A DNA stretch of 64,000 nucleotides from Alphaproteobacteria bacterium. Lineage in GTDB: Bacteria; Pseudomonadota; Alphaproteobacteria; JAAXGF01. Position numbers and translations under genes: made by a program. The notes beneath the pieces were generated by a model that worked only from the letters and a program-made list of their open reading frames with translations, did not search any database and was not told the DNA's origin. Location of the stretch: positions 3,008,001 to 3,072,000 of the forward strand of contig CAUVXB020000002.1 of assembly GCA_963555825.3 (NCBI GenBank), written 5' to 3'. This document shows, piece by piece, positions 10,109-19,558 of the stretch. Every line of letters begins with the position of its first letter. Within the stretch, counting starts at the first letter, position 1.

Positions 10109-10260
10109 TTCTATGTGCGGTCACCTTTACTGCGTAAAGCTGACCCGCGCTCAATCGCCGCGCATGCTTCCGCCGAACGGTCGGCGGCCCCCCTCTTGTC
10201 CCAATAAGACTGGCGCGGGCTGGCATAATCCGATCGAGTCCGATCGATCGGATTATGCCC
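10105..10260 (-). repeat. Structured palindromic repeat, copy A of a 3-copy family
   Basis: Shares core CCAGCCCGCG...GGGCCGCCGACCGTTCGGCG...CGATTGAGCGC.GGTCA with 40094-40234 and 57663-57793. Confidence 0.85.
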
Positions 10261-10270
10261 TTCCTCTGCG

Positions 10271-11722
10271 ATGAAACGCCTCGCCGTCGCGCGGCTGTGG
10301 CACGAGGGCAATTCATTCTGTCCCGACGCGACGACGCTCGATGATTTTCGTCAGCGCGAGTGGGTCGCGGGCGAAGACGCGCTCGCCCACTACTGCGGCA
10401 CCGCGACCGAGATGGGCGCCGTCGTCGATTTCCTCGACGGCAACGCGGCGTGGCAGGGCACCATTCTGCGTTGCGCTGCGGCGTCACCCGCAGGGCCACT
10501 GCCATATGACACGTTCACGGCGATCCGCGACGAGATCGTCGCCGGTTTAGCCGGCGGCCAGTGGGACGCGGTCTATCTGTCGCTGCACGGCGCGCTGCTC
10601 GCCGACGGCGTCGCCAGCGCCGACGTCGCGCTGCTCACCGCCGTCAGGGCGGCGATCGGCGATGCCCCGCTCGGCGTAAGTTTCGATCTGCACGCCAATC
10701 TCGATCCGGCGGTCATCGCCCTCGTCGACATCGCCTGCGGTTACAAGACCCATCCCCACACCGACATGGATGCGACCGGCGCCAAGACGCTCGGCCTGCT
10801 CGTCGCGACGACCACGGGCGCGATCGACCCGGTCGGTGCGATCGAGAAGACCGGTGCGGTGCTGCCCAGTTTCAACATGCGCACGGCCGAAGGTCCGATG
10901 GCCGAGGTCGTCGCGCTCGCGGCCAAGCTCGAGGCCGAGCGCGGCTTGCTCGACGTCTCGGCCTTCGGCGGCTTCGCCTATGGCGACGTCGCGCATGGCG
11001 GCGCCTCGGTGCTCGCCTATGCCGACGGCGACGTCGCGGCGGCACGGCGCGCGGCGCGCGAAGTCGCGGCGGCGCTCGCCGCGCGCCGCGCCCGCTTCGA
11101 CGTCAGCCTGCCTTCAGCGGCCGAGGGCATCGCCGCCGCGCGCGCCGCCGCGCCGGGCCTGGTCGCGGTGCTCGACCCAGGCGACAACACGCTGTCGGGC
11201 GGCATCGGCGATACCCCGGGACTGTTCCGCGCGACGATCGAGGCCCGGCCCGAGGGGCCGGTGGTGTTCGCCTTCTTCCACGATCCCGGCATCGTCGAGG
11301 CGGCGCACCGGGTCGGCGCCGGCGCGACCATCGACGTCGCGCTCGGCGGTCGCAAGACGGCGATCTGGGGGCCGCCGGTCGAGACCCGCGCCAAGGTCGC
11401 GCGCCTGACCGACGGGCGTTTCGTCAACCGCGGGCCGATGGAGACCAACCTCGTCGTCGAACTCGGCCGCACCGCGGTGCTCGACGTCGACGGCATCGCG
11501 GTCATCGTCACCAAGCGCTGCCGGGCGCCAAACGACCCGGCCTATTTCGAACTGCACGGCATCGACCTGGCGGCCACCCGGCTCTTGTGCGTCAAGGGCA
11601 AGAACCACTTCCGCGCCGCTTTCGAGGCGCAGTGCGCGGCGCTCATCGAGGTCGACGCGCCGGGACCCGCCTGTCTCGACCTCGGTCAACTGCCGTTTCG
11701 CCACGCCCCGGGGCTCGCGTGA
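10271..11722 (+). CDS. M81 family metallopeptidase (MlrC-like)
   Basis: HEGNSF, LSLHGA, DLHAN, YKTHPHTD, VKGKNHFRA motifs. Confidence 0.9.
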   Translation: MKRLAVARLWHEGNSFCPDATTLDDFRQREWVAGEDALAHYCGTATEMGAVVDFLDGNAAWQGTILRCAAASPAGPLPYDTFTAIRDEIVAGLAGGQWDAVYLSLHGALLADGVASADVALLTAVRAAIGDAPLGVSFDLHANLDPAVIALVDIACGYKTHPHTDMDATGAKTLGLLVATTTGAIDPVGAIEKTGAVLPSFNMRTAEGPMAEVVALAAKLEAERGLLDVSAFGGFAYGDVAHGGASVLAYADGDVAAARRAAREVAAALAARRARFDVSLPSAAEGIAAARAAAPGLVAVLDPGDNTLSGGIGDTPGLFRATIEARPEGPVVFAFFHDPGIVEAAHRVGAGATIDVALGGRKTAIWGPPVETRAKVARLTDGRFVNRGPMETNLVVELGRTAVLDVDGIAVIVTKRCRAPNDPAYFELHGIDLAATRLLCVKGKNHFRAAFEAQCAALIEVDAPGPACLDLGQLPFRHAPGLA

Positions 11723-11735
11723 GCCATACCGAGGA

Positions 11736-13043
11736 TCAGACAATCGCCAGGTGGCTGTGGTCGAACAATAGCTCGTAGCGGCACGCCTCGCGCACCAGGT
11801 CGTGGCTGCCGCGGCGGAAGACGAAAACGTTTTCCCAGCTGCCCGACACGACGTAGTGGACGCCGTCGGGGTGCAACGCGAGGCCGCGCGGCCGGCGCAG
11901 CCCGATGCGGTCGGTGCGCGTGACGTGCTTGACCGCGCCCGACGCGGCGTCGAAAGCGATCACCGTATGCGACGCGACGTAGGTGACGAGCATCTCGTCA
12001 TGGGTCGGCTCGTAGACGATCGTCTGGCCGCGTTGCATCAAGAGCGGGTCGTCGGTCATGACGATCGCGCGCTTGGGCGTCGCCGCGCCCAGATCGTAGT
12101 GCAGCAGCGGGACGGGCAGATAGCTGCGGCCATAGCCGTCGGGCGCTTCGGGGTAATAGACGTCGTCGCGGCCCCGGAGCACCAGCTGGGCGTCATCGAA
12201 CGCGGCGAGCCGTGACTGCAGCACGGCGATGCGGTCGAGGCCGCCGACCGCGACATGTTGCACCTCGTTCAAGCGCTTGGGCGCGACTTCCTTGTGCGCG
12301 AGGCGTCCGCTGGCGGCCTCGATGATCGTCAGCGACGGTTCGACGCCGTAGGGCATGCGCATCGTCGGCGCCTCGACGTCGGTCGGCCAATCGGTGCTGC
12401 CGTAATTGGCGACGGCGAGGTGCCGGCCGCCGTCGAACAGCGCGATGTCGTGCGGCGCGATGCCCGCGCAGTCGAAGCTGTCGAGGACGCGCAACGTGTC
12501 GGCGTCGCGCACGCTGATGCGCCCGAAGTGGTCGGCCGGCCGACCCGAATAGGGCGCGCCCGGGTCGCGCCGCTCGACCGCGAAGACCGTCTTGCCATCG
12601 GCCGTGAAGGCGACGTGGCCGCCGAACAGGAAGCCGTCGGCGTGGGGCCGGGCGGTCGCCGTCAGATCGAGGCTCGCCGGGTCGATGACCAGAATTGCGT
12701 CGTCGTTCTTGCCGACGAACAGGGCGCGCGAGCGGGCCGGGTCGAGGGTGATGGCGTGCCCGACGATCGGGAACAGCGCGCGTTCGACGCTGTCGGCGTC
12801 GAGCGCGATGCGCGTGATCATGGTGACCGGCCCGTCGTAGCCGCGTGGCAACGCGCGGGCGGCGCGCCGGTCGGCGATCAGCGGCTGGCCGCGGCGGTAC
12901 GCCTTGGCGGTCTTGTAGCCGGGGATGAGATAAGCCGACGGCGGCGGCGCGGCGCGCAGCTTGGAGACGCCGCCCGCGGCGCCCGCCAAGACGGCGGCGC
13001 CGGCCGATATCAGGAAGTCACGTCTATCTGTCGCCATCCTCAT
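11736..13043 (-). CDS. Tat-exported DUF1513-like beta-propeller protein
   Basis: DRRDFL twin-arginine signal; FGGHVAFTADG, GIAPHDIAL, LAVANYG, PSL motifs. Confidence 0.75.
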   Translation of the reverse strand: MRMATDRRDFLISAGAAVLAGAAGGVSKLRAAPPPSAYLIPGYKTAKAYRRGQPLIADRRAARALPRGYDGPVTMITRIALDADSVERALFPIVGHAITLDPARSRALFVGKNDDAILVIDPASLDLTATARPHADGFLFGGHVAFTADGKTVFAVERRDPGAPYSGRPADHFGRISVRDADTLRVLDSFDCAGIAPHDIALFDGGRHLAVANYGSTDWPTDVEAPTMRMPYGVEPSLTIIEAASGRLAHKEVAPKRLNEVQHVAVGGLDRIAVLQSRLAAFDDAQLVLRGRDDVYYPEAPDGYGRSYLPVPLLHYDLGAATPKRAIVMTDDPLLMQRGQTIVYEPTHDEMLVTYVASHTVIAFDAASGAVKHVTRTDRIGLRRPRGLALHPDGVHYVVSGSWENVFVFRRGSHDLVREACRYELLFDHSHLAIV

Positions 13044-13156
13044 TGATCGGATGACCTGCCATGTTGGGTGCGGTCGCGCCGAACCATCGCCTGTCGGCGA
13101 CCGCTATCGGATGTCTGCCGTTGGGACGCGGGAACGCGCTCACGCGCGGCCGGCGA

Positions 13157-13843
13157 TTACGGGCTGGGGCTCTGCTGGTCCTTGTCGCGGCCGCCGCCGA
13201 TGCCGGCGTCGTCGGGCGAGCCGAGGCCGGCGTCGTCCCTGAGGCCGGTATCGTCGATCGGGCCCGCGGCGCCCGCCGTGACCGCGCCAGCGGCGTCCAC
13301 CGTGGCGCCTTGGCCCGCCCCGACGGTCGTCGTCGTAGCGCCGGCGACACGTGGCGTGACCGTGATGCTGCCGCTCAGCACGGCGACGATCGTCGAAATG
13401 CTCGTTACGAGGGCGATGAAATCGGTGCCGCGCACGCCGATCACGGCGACCGGGGTGCGAATCTCAATGCCTTCGTTGTTCAATTTGCCGGTGATGAAGC
13501 GGAAGACGCCCTCGCCGAGGTCGGCGACCAGCTCGCCGGCGTTGGTGTTGCGGTCATAAACGAAGCTGTCGAGCGTGACCCTGCTCGCCGAGCCGAGCCG
13601 GAGCTTGGTGTTGTCGAGGAAGCGGATGTGAAGCGCGCCGTCCTCGACCGTCTCGACGAGCTCGTCGGCGAACAGGTCGTCGGCGCGATAGAGCGGCTGC
13701 TGCGCACCGCCGGCCGGCGTGCCATAGGCCCATACCTTGACCAGATGTACGTTGCCGACTTCACCGGCGGCGTTCAACGGGCCGGCGGCTAGCGCAATCG
13801 ATGCGAGCGCCACGGCGCCGACGGCAAAAGCTTTCCCAAACAT
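13157..13843 (-). CDS. Secreted stand-alone FecR-domain protein
   Basis: Signal peptide; FLDNTKLRLG..S, GVFRFITG, IRTPVAVIGVRGTDF, VLSG. Confidence 0.88.
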   Translation of the reverse strand: MFGKAFAVGAVALASIALAAGPLNAAGEVGNVHLVKVWAYGTPAGGAQQPLYRADDLFADELVETVEDGALHIRFLDNTKLRLGSASRVTLDSFVYDRNTNAGELVADLGEGVFRFITGKLNNEGIEIRTPVAVIGVRGTDFIALVTSISTIVAVLSGSITVTPRVAGATTTTVGAGQGATVDAAGAVTAGAAGPIDDTGLRDDAGLGSPDDAGIGGGRDKDQQSPSP

Positions 13844-13960
13844 CCGCTTACCCTCCGTTTACGACGCTGGAGACGTTTGCAGGCGCGCCGTTTCGGAGGC
13901 GCGCCGCTTGTCGACCGGCGTCATGAACTGTCCTAACAAAACTCTGCCCGTAATCCACAA

Positions 13961-15175
13961 TTAGAATCCGGCGTGAATGCCCCAGACGACCGAGATGCCG
14001 TCGTTGTTGCCGCCCGCCCCGGGGAAATCGTCGTCGAACGAGGTGCCGACGACGGCGAGACTGGTACTCAGTCCAGGACCGATCAGATAACTCGCGCCGA
14101 GTTCGACGAACCGGCTTTTCTCGTCGCCCTGGTTGCCGAGACCGGGAAAATCGCGGAGACCTTCTTCCTGGCCGACGAAGTAGCTGAGCGTGAGCTGCCA
14201 GGGCCCGGTCGAATAGCCGACGCCGATGTTGAATGAGTCGCCCTCGTTGCTCGATGCACAGAGGCCCGGGGGAAAAACGGCCGTTGCGGTGAACAGCAGG
14301 CACAACGGTTCCTCGACGACCGCGAACGAGGCCGCGATGTCCCAGCCCAGATAACTCAACGCGATGCCGCCGTTGTAGGCGAAGTAGTCGTCGACATCGG
14401 ACCCCAATGCGGCGTTTTCCGCGAATTGCGGCGCATCCGCCGTCGCGGCGCCGGCCTGCAACCTGACCCCGATGCCATCGAAGTCGTTGACGTAGCTGAT
14501 GCCGATGTCGAGTCCGTTGGTGTAGACGATGTTCTCGTCGGCCGGGCCGGTGAAGAAGAAGGTCGAGCCGCCCGAGCCGATCAGATTCCCGGTGATGAGA
14601 TGGCCGCGCGGCGTCCAGCTCGCGGTCAGCTGGAAGCCCTCGAAACGCGGCGTGAAATAGGTGATCTTCGGCTCGTCGTTGCCCGCTTCGATTACCGTCG
14701 AGCGCGACGGGCTGCGGAAACGCAGACCCGAATTGTTCAACGGAGCGACGAAACCACTCATCCAGCCCGAGTTGATGCCGATTCCCGCGGTCGGGGCATC
14801 GGTCAGCCAGCCATAGCTGTAGCGGCCCGAATTGACCGAACCGATACGGAACTCACCGAAGCCGCCGGCGAGCACGAGATAGTGTTGGTCGACTTGGTCG
14901 CCGGTGGTCTCGCCCTTGAGCTCGATCCGGCCGCCGATCTTCAGCCCGTTGTCCAGTTCGCCGCGCATGCGAAAGTGCACCTCGGCGTTCTGGACGCTCG
15001 AGAATTCGCCGACGCGCGAGCTGCCGTTGGTGGCACGATCAGGATCCGAATAGCCATACCACGAGGTGAAATAGCCGCCCAGCTCCATGTGAAGCGGCTC
15101 GACCTCGGCACTTGCAGGATGGACCGCGAGGCCCAGCGCCGCGAGCGCCGTGGTGCCGTATAGATACTTCTTCAC
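13961..15175 (-). CDS. Outer-membrane porin (alphaproteobacterial general porin type)
   Basis: GTG start KKYLYGTTALAA signal with AAGGGGA RBS; LDNGL..G..IEL, FGEFRIG, KITYFTPRF.GFQL; C-terminal Phe. Confidence 0.9.
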   Translation of the reverse strand: MKKYLYGTTALAALGLAVHPASAEVEPLHMELGGYFTSWYGYSDPDRATNGSSRVGEFSSVQNAEVHFRMRGELDNGLKIGGRIELKGETTGDQVDQHYLVLAGGFGEFRIGSVNSGRYSYGWLTDAPTAGIGINSGWMSGFVAPLNNSGLRFRSPSRSTVIEAGNDEPKITYFTPRFEGFQLTASWTPRGHLITGNLIGSGGSTFFFTGPADENIVYTNGLDIGISYVNDFDGIGVRLQAGAATADAPQFAENAALGSDVDDYFAYNGGIALSYLGWDIAASFAVVEEPLCLLFTATAVFPPGLCASSNEGDSFNIGVGYSTGPWQLTLSYFVGQEEGLRDFPGLGNQGDEKSRFVELGASYLIGPGLSTSLAVVGTSFDDDFPGAGGNNDGISVVWGIHAGF

Positions 15176-15282
15176 GAGGTATTCCCCTTTGATACGCTCT
15201 CGCCCGCACCCCAGTCGTGCTGGCACGATGACTTCACACCCAAGCGCCCGCCCCGAGCGATTTGGTCGATCAAATACATTAA

Positions 15283-16002
15283 CGGGCTGTCCTAGCTAAG
15301 GGCGTTTCTGTCTCAAAATAATCCATGTCTTCAATTGGTTAAGCAGTTCTCGGTGGTCACCTCCGTTGAACCGCCATTCGCACTCCTTGAGGAACAGGTG
15401 AAAGCTCTGTTTCGGGACGCCATTGAAGCGCCGTAAATGCCGCTTCGCCTGGTTCCAGAAGTTCTCGATCCCGTTGATATGGCTCCGCTCGTCGACGAAC
15501 CGCTCCGAGTGATTGATCCGAACATGGTGGAAGTCCGAAACGTCCAGGGCATCATAGCTCGAAAAGCCGTCCGTATAGACGATGCTGTCAGGCCGGATCA
15601 TACGCTCCATAATCGGCATCAACGTGGCAGTCCGGGCATTGGGAATCATCGCCGTGTAGACCTTCCCACCTCGCTTCAAAAGCCCGAAAACCGGGACTTT
15701 TCCGCCAGCGCCTCGACCCCGCTTGCCTTTGCGGCGGCCGCCAAAATAACTCTCATCAACCTCGATCTCTCCGGCAAAAGGCGAGGCCTTCTCCATTTCC
15801 TCGGCAATCACCTTGCGAAGCCGAGTATAAAACGAGGCCGCCGTGTTCCGGTGGACGCCAACCAGTTCGGCTGCTGCCCGAGCCGTCGTACCCGCAACGA
15901 AGTGCTCAATCAGACGACCGCGCTTCCAATCACTGAGCCGGCTTTTCCTCTCGTACATCCCGCCATCCTAGCCTAAGCATGCCGCTTAGCTAGGACAGCC
16001 CC
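15283..16002 (-). mobile_element. Complete IS1595-family (IS1016-like) insertion sequence, 720 bp
   Basis: Terminal IR GGGCTGTCCTAGCTAAG at both ends; 8-bp target duplication TACATTAA at 15275-15282 and 16003-16010. Confidence 0.95.
15296..15958 (-). CDS. IS1595-family DDE transposase
   Basis: EVDESYFGG, KRGRGA.GK, VYTDG, HINGIENFW; stop codon lies inside the IR. Confidence 0.95.
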   Translation of the reverse strand: MYERKSRLSDWKRGRLIEHFVAGTTARAAAELVGVHRNTAASFYTRLRKVIAEEMEKASPFAGEIEVDESYFGGRRKGKRGRGAGGKVPVFGLLKRGGKVYTAMIPNARTATLMPIMERMIRPDSIVYTDGFSSYDALDVSDFHHVRINHSERFVDERSHINGIENFWNQAKRHLRRFNGVPKQSFHLFLKECEWRFNGGDHRELLNQLKTWIILRQKRP

Positions 16003-16099
16003 TACATTAATCGATGGATAGTCAAGGATTTAGTAGGGTTTGCGACCGCCATGCGCGGGCTGAAACGGCGTCGATTCGCGGTCCCCGCCGGCCCCGGCG

Positions 16100-18310
16100 C
16101 TATTTCGTCGTCGCGACGAAGACGCCGTCCCAATCGTCGCCCGGCGGATCCGCTTCGAAGGCGTCGCAACGCTCGTCATAGAGGTCGTAGAGCGGACCGA
16201 GCCCGAGTCCCGGGGCGCGCTCGCGGCATTCGGCGACGAGCGCGCGCGTGCGCATCCATTCCTGCCCCCGAAATGCGGCCAGCATGTCGCCGTGGTTGGC
16301 GAGCAGGGCCTGGAACGTCGTGTCGTCGGCCAGCGCCTCGTCGCCCATCAACGCGAAGATGCGCACCGGAACGGTCTTGCCCTTGACTTGGATGAGGTCG
16401 AGCTCGAGCGTGACGAAGCCATCGGCCCGAACCTGCGTGTTCTCGCCGATCACGATGTCGACGCCGTAGGATTTCGACTGGCCCTCGAGGCGCGAGGCGA
16501 GATTGACGTCGTCGCCCAGCACCGAATAGTCGAAGCGCAGGTCCGAACCCATGTTGCCGACGCAGCATTCGCCGGTGTTGAGCCCGATGCCGATCTTGAT
16601 CGGCACGTCCGTGCGGCCCTCGTCGGCGGCCTCCTTGCGCAGTTCCTCGTTCAGCGGGCCGAGGCGGTCCATCATCACGAGCGCCGATCGGCAGCCGTTC
16701 CGGACGTGGTCGGCGTCGTCGAGCGGCGCGTTCCAGAACGCCATGATGCAGTCGCCCATGTACTTGTCGATGGTGCCGCGGCGGTCGAGGATGACGTTGG
16801 TCATCGGTGTCAGGAAGCGGTTGATCAGCCGTGTCAGGCCGACCGCGTCGAACTGCTCGGAAATCGTCGTGAAACCGCGGATGTCGCAGAACAGCAGCGT
16901 CATATCGCGCATTTCGCCGCCCAGTTTCAGACGGCTCGGGTCTTCGGCGAGCTGCTCGACGAGCGCCGGCGACATGAAGCGGCTGAACGCGCTGCGCACC
17001 TGCTCGCGCTCGGCCTCGGTACGCAGATAGCTGATGATGGACGACGAGAGATAGACAAAGAGCGCGATGATCGACGGGTAGATCGGCGCGAACAGCAGCC
17101 GGAGCTCGACGAAGGCGTACCACGAGAAGCCGAGCGCCGCGGCGATGCCGATGCCGGTCACCAGGCCACCCCAGGCGGCGCCGGTACGCGGCAGCACGAG
17201 CACCAGGATCAAGCCGAAGACCAACAGGCAGACGAGCTCAAGCCCATCCGCGTAGTCGGGCCGTTCGAGAAAGTCTTGCAGGAGCATCTGCTCGATCACC
17301 TGAGCGTGCAACTCGACGCCGGGGATCGACTGGCTCAGCGGCGTTGCCCGGATGTCCATGAGACCCGCCGCGCTGGTGCCGACGAACAGGATATGGTCGC
17401 GCACCTGGCGGGCGTCGAAGTCGTCCTCGAACACCTGCCATGCCGGGATGAAGCGGGCGGCGACATGACCGGTGTCGTAGAGCAGGATTCGGCCGTTCTT
17501 GTCGGTCGACGCCGGAACATGGCCGATCTTGACATCGGTGATGCCGGTGACTTCGCCGAAGGAGACTTCGCCGCTCGCGCCCGAGGCCTTGATGATGATC
17601 GTCGACGCGCCCTGGGCGATGCGCAATGCCTCCGCCGCCAGCGTCGGATAGATCTCGCCGTCGTACTGGACGAGCAAGGGGACGCGGCGAATGACACCGT
17701 CGATCTCGGGCACGTTGTTGAAGCTGCCGTTGCCCGCCGCCGCCTGTTCGATGATCGGCAGGCTGGTGACCGAACCGCCATAGGAGGGCACGAAGTCGGT
17801 CACTTCGTCGCCGGCGTAAGCGTAACCCGTCTTGAGCGCCGGCTTGCGCCCGCCGTCGCCCAGCAGGACGAAACCGGCGACGACGTTGGATCGGGCGATC
17901 GCGGCGGCGAATTCCTCGTCGTAATCGGGCATCGAGGCGACACGCTCGCGAATATCCGCGGTCTGGCGCGTCACCGGCCAACTCTCGACCGCGCGCCGGG
18001 GCGAGGAGCGGTCCGGCTCGGCGAACACGATGTCGAAAGCGATCGCCACGGCACCGGCATCGGTCAGCCGCTCGACCAGTTCGGCGAGCAGGAGGCGCGG
18101 CCATGGCCATTGGCCCAGTTTTTCCAGGCTCGCGTCGTCGAGGTCGATGATCTTGACGCCCGACGGCTGGAACTCGCGTGGCTTCAGCTCCTGATAGAAA
18201 TCGAAGATCTGGACTCGAAAGCCGACCAACACCGCGGGATCGGCGCTGCGCAGCGCCAAGCCGGCGAACAACAGGATGATCGGAACGATCAGGTGCAGCC
18301 TTCGAGCCAT
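16100..18310 (-). CDS. CHASE2-domain adenylate/guanylate cyclase (class III)
   Basis: GQWPWPR, DGVIRRVPL, PGVELHAQ (CHASE2); TM helices; FCDIRGFT, DKYMGDCIMAFW, GDDVNLASRLEG. Confidence 0.95.
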   Translation of the reverse strand: MARRLHLIVPIILLFAGLALRSADPAVLVGFRVQIFDFYQELKPREFQPSGVKIIDLDDASLEKLGQWPWPRLLLAELVERLTDAGAVAIAFDIVFAEPDRSSPRRAVESWPVTRQTADIRERVASMPDYDEEFAAAIARSNVVAGFVLLGDGGRKPALKTGYAYAGDEVTDFVPSYGGSVTSLPIIEQAAAGNGSFNNVPEIDGVIRRVPLLVQYDGEIYPTLAAEALRIAQGASTIIIKASGASGEVSFGEVTGITDVKIGHVPASTDKNGRILLYDTGHVAARFIPAWQVFEDDFDARQVRDHILFVGTSAAGLMDIRATPLSQSIPGVELHAQVIEQMLLQDFLERPDYADGLELVCLLVFGLILVLVLPRTGAAWGGLVTGIGIAAALGFSWYAFVELRLLFAPIYPSIIALFVYLSSSIISYLRTEAEREQVRSAFSRFMSPALVEQLAEDPSRLKLGGEMRDMTLLFCDIRGFTTISEQFDAVGLTRLINRFLTPMTNVILDRRGTIDKYMGDCIMAFWNAPLDDADHVRNGCRSALVMMDRLGPLNEELRKEAADEGRTDVPIKIGIGLNTGECCVGNMGSDLRFDYSVLGDDVNLASRLEGQSKSYGVDIVIGENTQVRADGFVTLELDLIQVKGKTVPVRIFALMGDEALADDTTFQALLANHGDMLAAFRGQEWMRTRALVAECRERAPGLGLGPLYDLYDERCDAFEADPPGDDWDGVFVATTK

Positions 18311-18388
18311 GCCCTTATGCTAGCGCGTCTCGCTGGCATCGAGAAGCGGCCACGGACGGTAAGAACCGAACAAGGGAGAGCCATCACC

Positions 18389-18784
18389 ATGAACATGCCG
18401 GTATTTCACTTGTTGAGCGACGCGCCCAAGCCGGTCGCGCCCTACAGCCACGCGGTCGAGATCGACGGCTGGCTGTTCCTGGCCGGCCAGATCGCCAGCG
18501 ATCTCGCGTTCGAGCCCGACAGCCTGCCCGACGGCATCGAGGCGCAGACCCACAAGGTCATGGAGAACCTCTCGCGCGTGCTCGCCGGCGTCGGCGTCGG
18601 CCTCGATCACTGCGTCGCCGCGCGCGTCTTCCTGACCCATTTCGACGAAGATTACCGACGCATGGACGCGGTCTACCAAACCTATTTCGACGCCGACAGG
18701 CGCCCGGCCCGCACCACCGTCGGCGTCACCGCGCTCGCCTCGGGCGCGCGCGTCGAGATCGACGTCATCGCCAAGCGGCCGTGA
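18389..18784 (+). CDS. RidA/Rid family protein
   Basis: PVAPYSHAV, FLAGQIA, RPARTTVGV..L..GARVEID; only the 3' end of the 830-aa ORF in the track is real. Confidence 0.9.
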   Translation: MNMPVFHLLSDAPKPVAPYSHAVEIDGWLFLAGQIASDLAFEPDSLPDGIEAQTHKVMENLSRVLAGVGVGLDHCVAARVFLTHFDEDYRRMDAVYQTYFDADRRPARTTVGVTALASGARVEIDVIAKRP

Positions 18785-19521
18785 CGGCGGCTTGGCCAAT
18801 GGTTGACGAGCTGTCATCGGCGGCACCGAAAGCCTTCTCTGTCGGGCTGTTGCTGTTCCCGAACCTGACGCAGCTCGACCTGACGGGACCCCACGAAATC
18901 TTTGTCCGCGCGCCCGGCACGACGGTTCATTTGATATGGAAGTCGCTCGATCCGGTTACCGCGGTGGGTGGCATGGCGATAACGCCGACGACGACCTTCG
19001 AGACCTGCCCGGCCTTCGACCTGATATGCGTTCCCGGCGGCCCCGGCCAAGTCGATCTGATGGCAGACGATGCGGTGCTCGCCTTCCTGCGCGCGAAGGC
19101 GGCGGTGTGCCGCTTCGTTACCTCGGTCTGCACCGGATCATTGGTGTTGGCGGCGGTGGGTCTGCTGCGGGGCTACCGAGCGACCTGCCATTGGACATCG
19201 ATCGATCAGCTCGCCCTTCTCGGCGTGACGCCGGTGCCCGAACGCATCGTCCGCGATCGCAACCGAATTACCGGCGCCGGCGTCACATCCGGTATCGATT
19301 TCGCGCTGTTCACGGTCGCCGAAATCTTCGGCGCACCGGTCGCCGAATATATCCAGCTGTCGCTCGAGTACGACCCCGAACCGCCGTTCGCGTCCGGCTC
19401 ACCCCGTCAGGCGACCGCCGAACTCGTAGCCGACGCCCTCGAAAAGGCGGGCACGCTCCTTGAACGGCGTCTGGCCGCGACGAAACGCGCCGCGGAAAAG
19501 CTCGGGCGCCTGTCAAAATAG
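18781..19521 (+). CDS. DJ-1/PfpI family protein (isonitrile hydratase-like)
   Basis: TQLDLTGP, VPGGPG, SVCTGS, GAGVTSGIDF, LEYDPEPPF.SG; start may be 18799. Confidence 0.9.
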   Translation: MTAAWPMVDELSSAAPKAFSVGLLLFPNLTQLDLTGPHEIFVRAPGTTVHLIWKSLDPVTAVGGMAITPTTTFETCPAFDLICVPGGPGQVDLMADDAVLAFLRAKAAVCRFVTSVCTGSLVLAAVGLLRGYRATCHWTSIDQLALLGVTPVPERIVRDRNRITGAGVTSGIDFALFTVAEIFGAPVAEYIQLSLEYDPEPPFASGSPRQATAELVADALEKAGTLLERRLAATKRAAEKLGRLSK

Positions 19522-19558
19522 AGTCGAATGGTTCGCGTCGACGGGAGACGCAGATCGG

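Noticed and set aside
10271-11722. Microcystin degradation cluster
   Set aside because: Only an MlrC-family gene is present; the family is widespread and mlrA/B/D are absent
16292-18388. 830-aa plus-strand ORF and similar long overlapping ORFs (300-2624, 32421-34286, 35454-37616, 53340-55139, 57789-59354)
   Set aside because: Antisense or alternate-frame shadows of well-supported genes, expected in high-GC DNA; only the last 131 codons (RidA) of the 830-aa ORF are real
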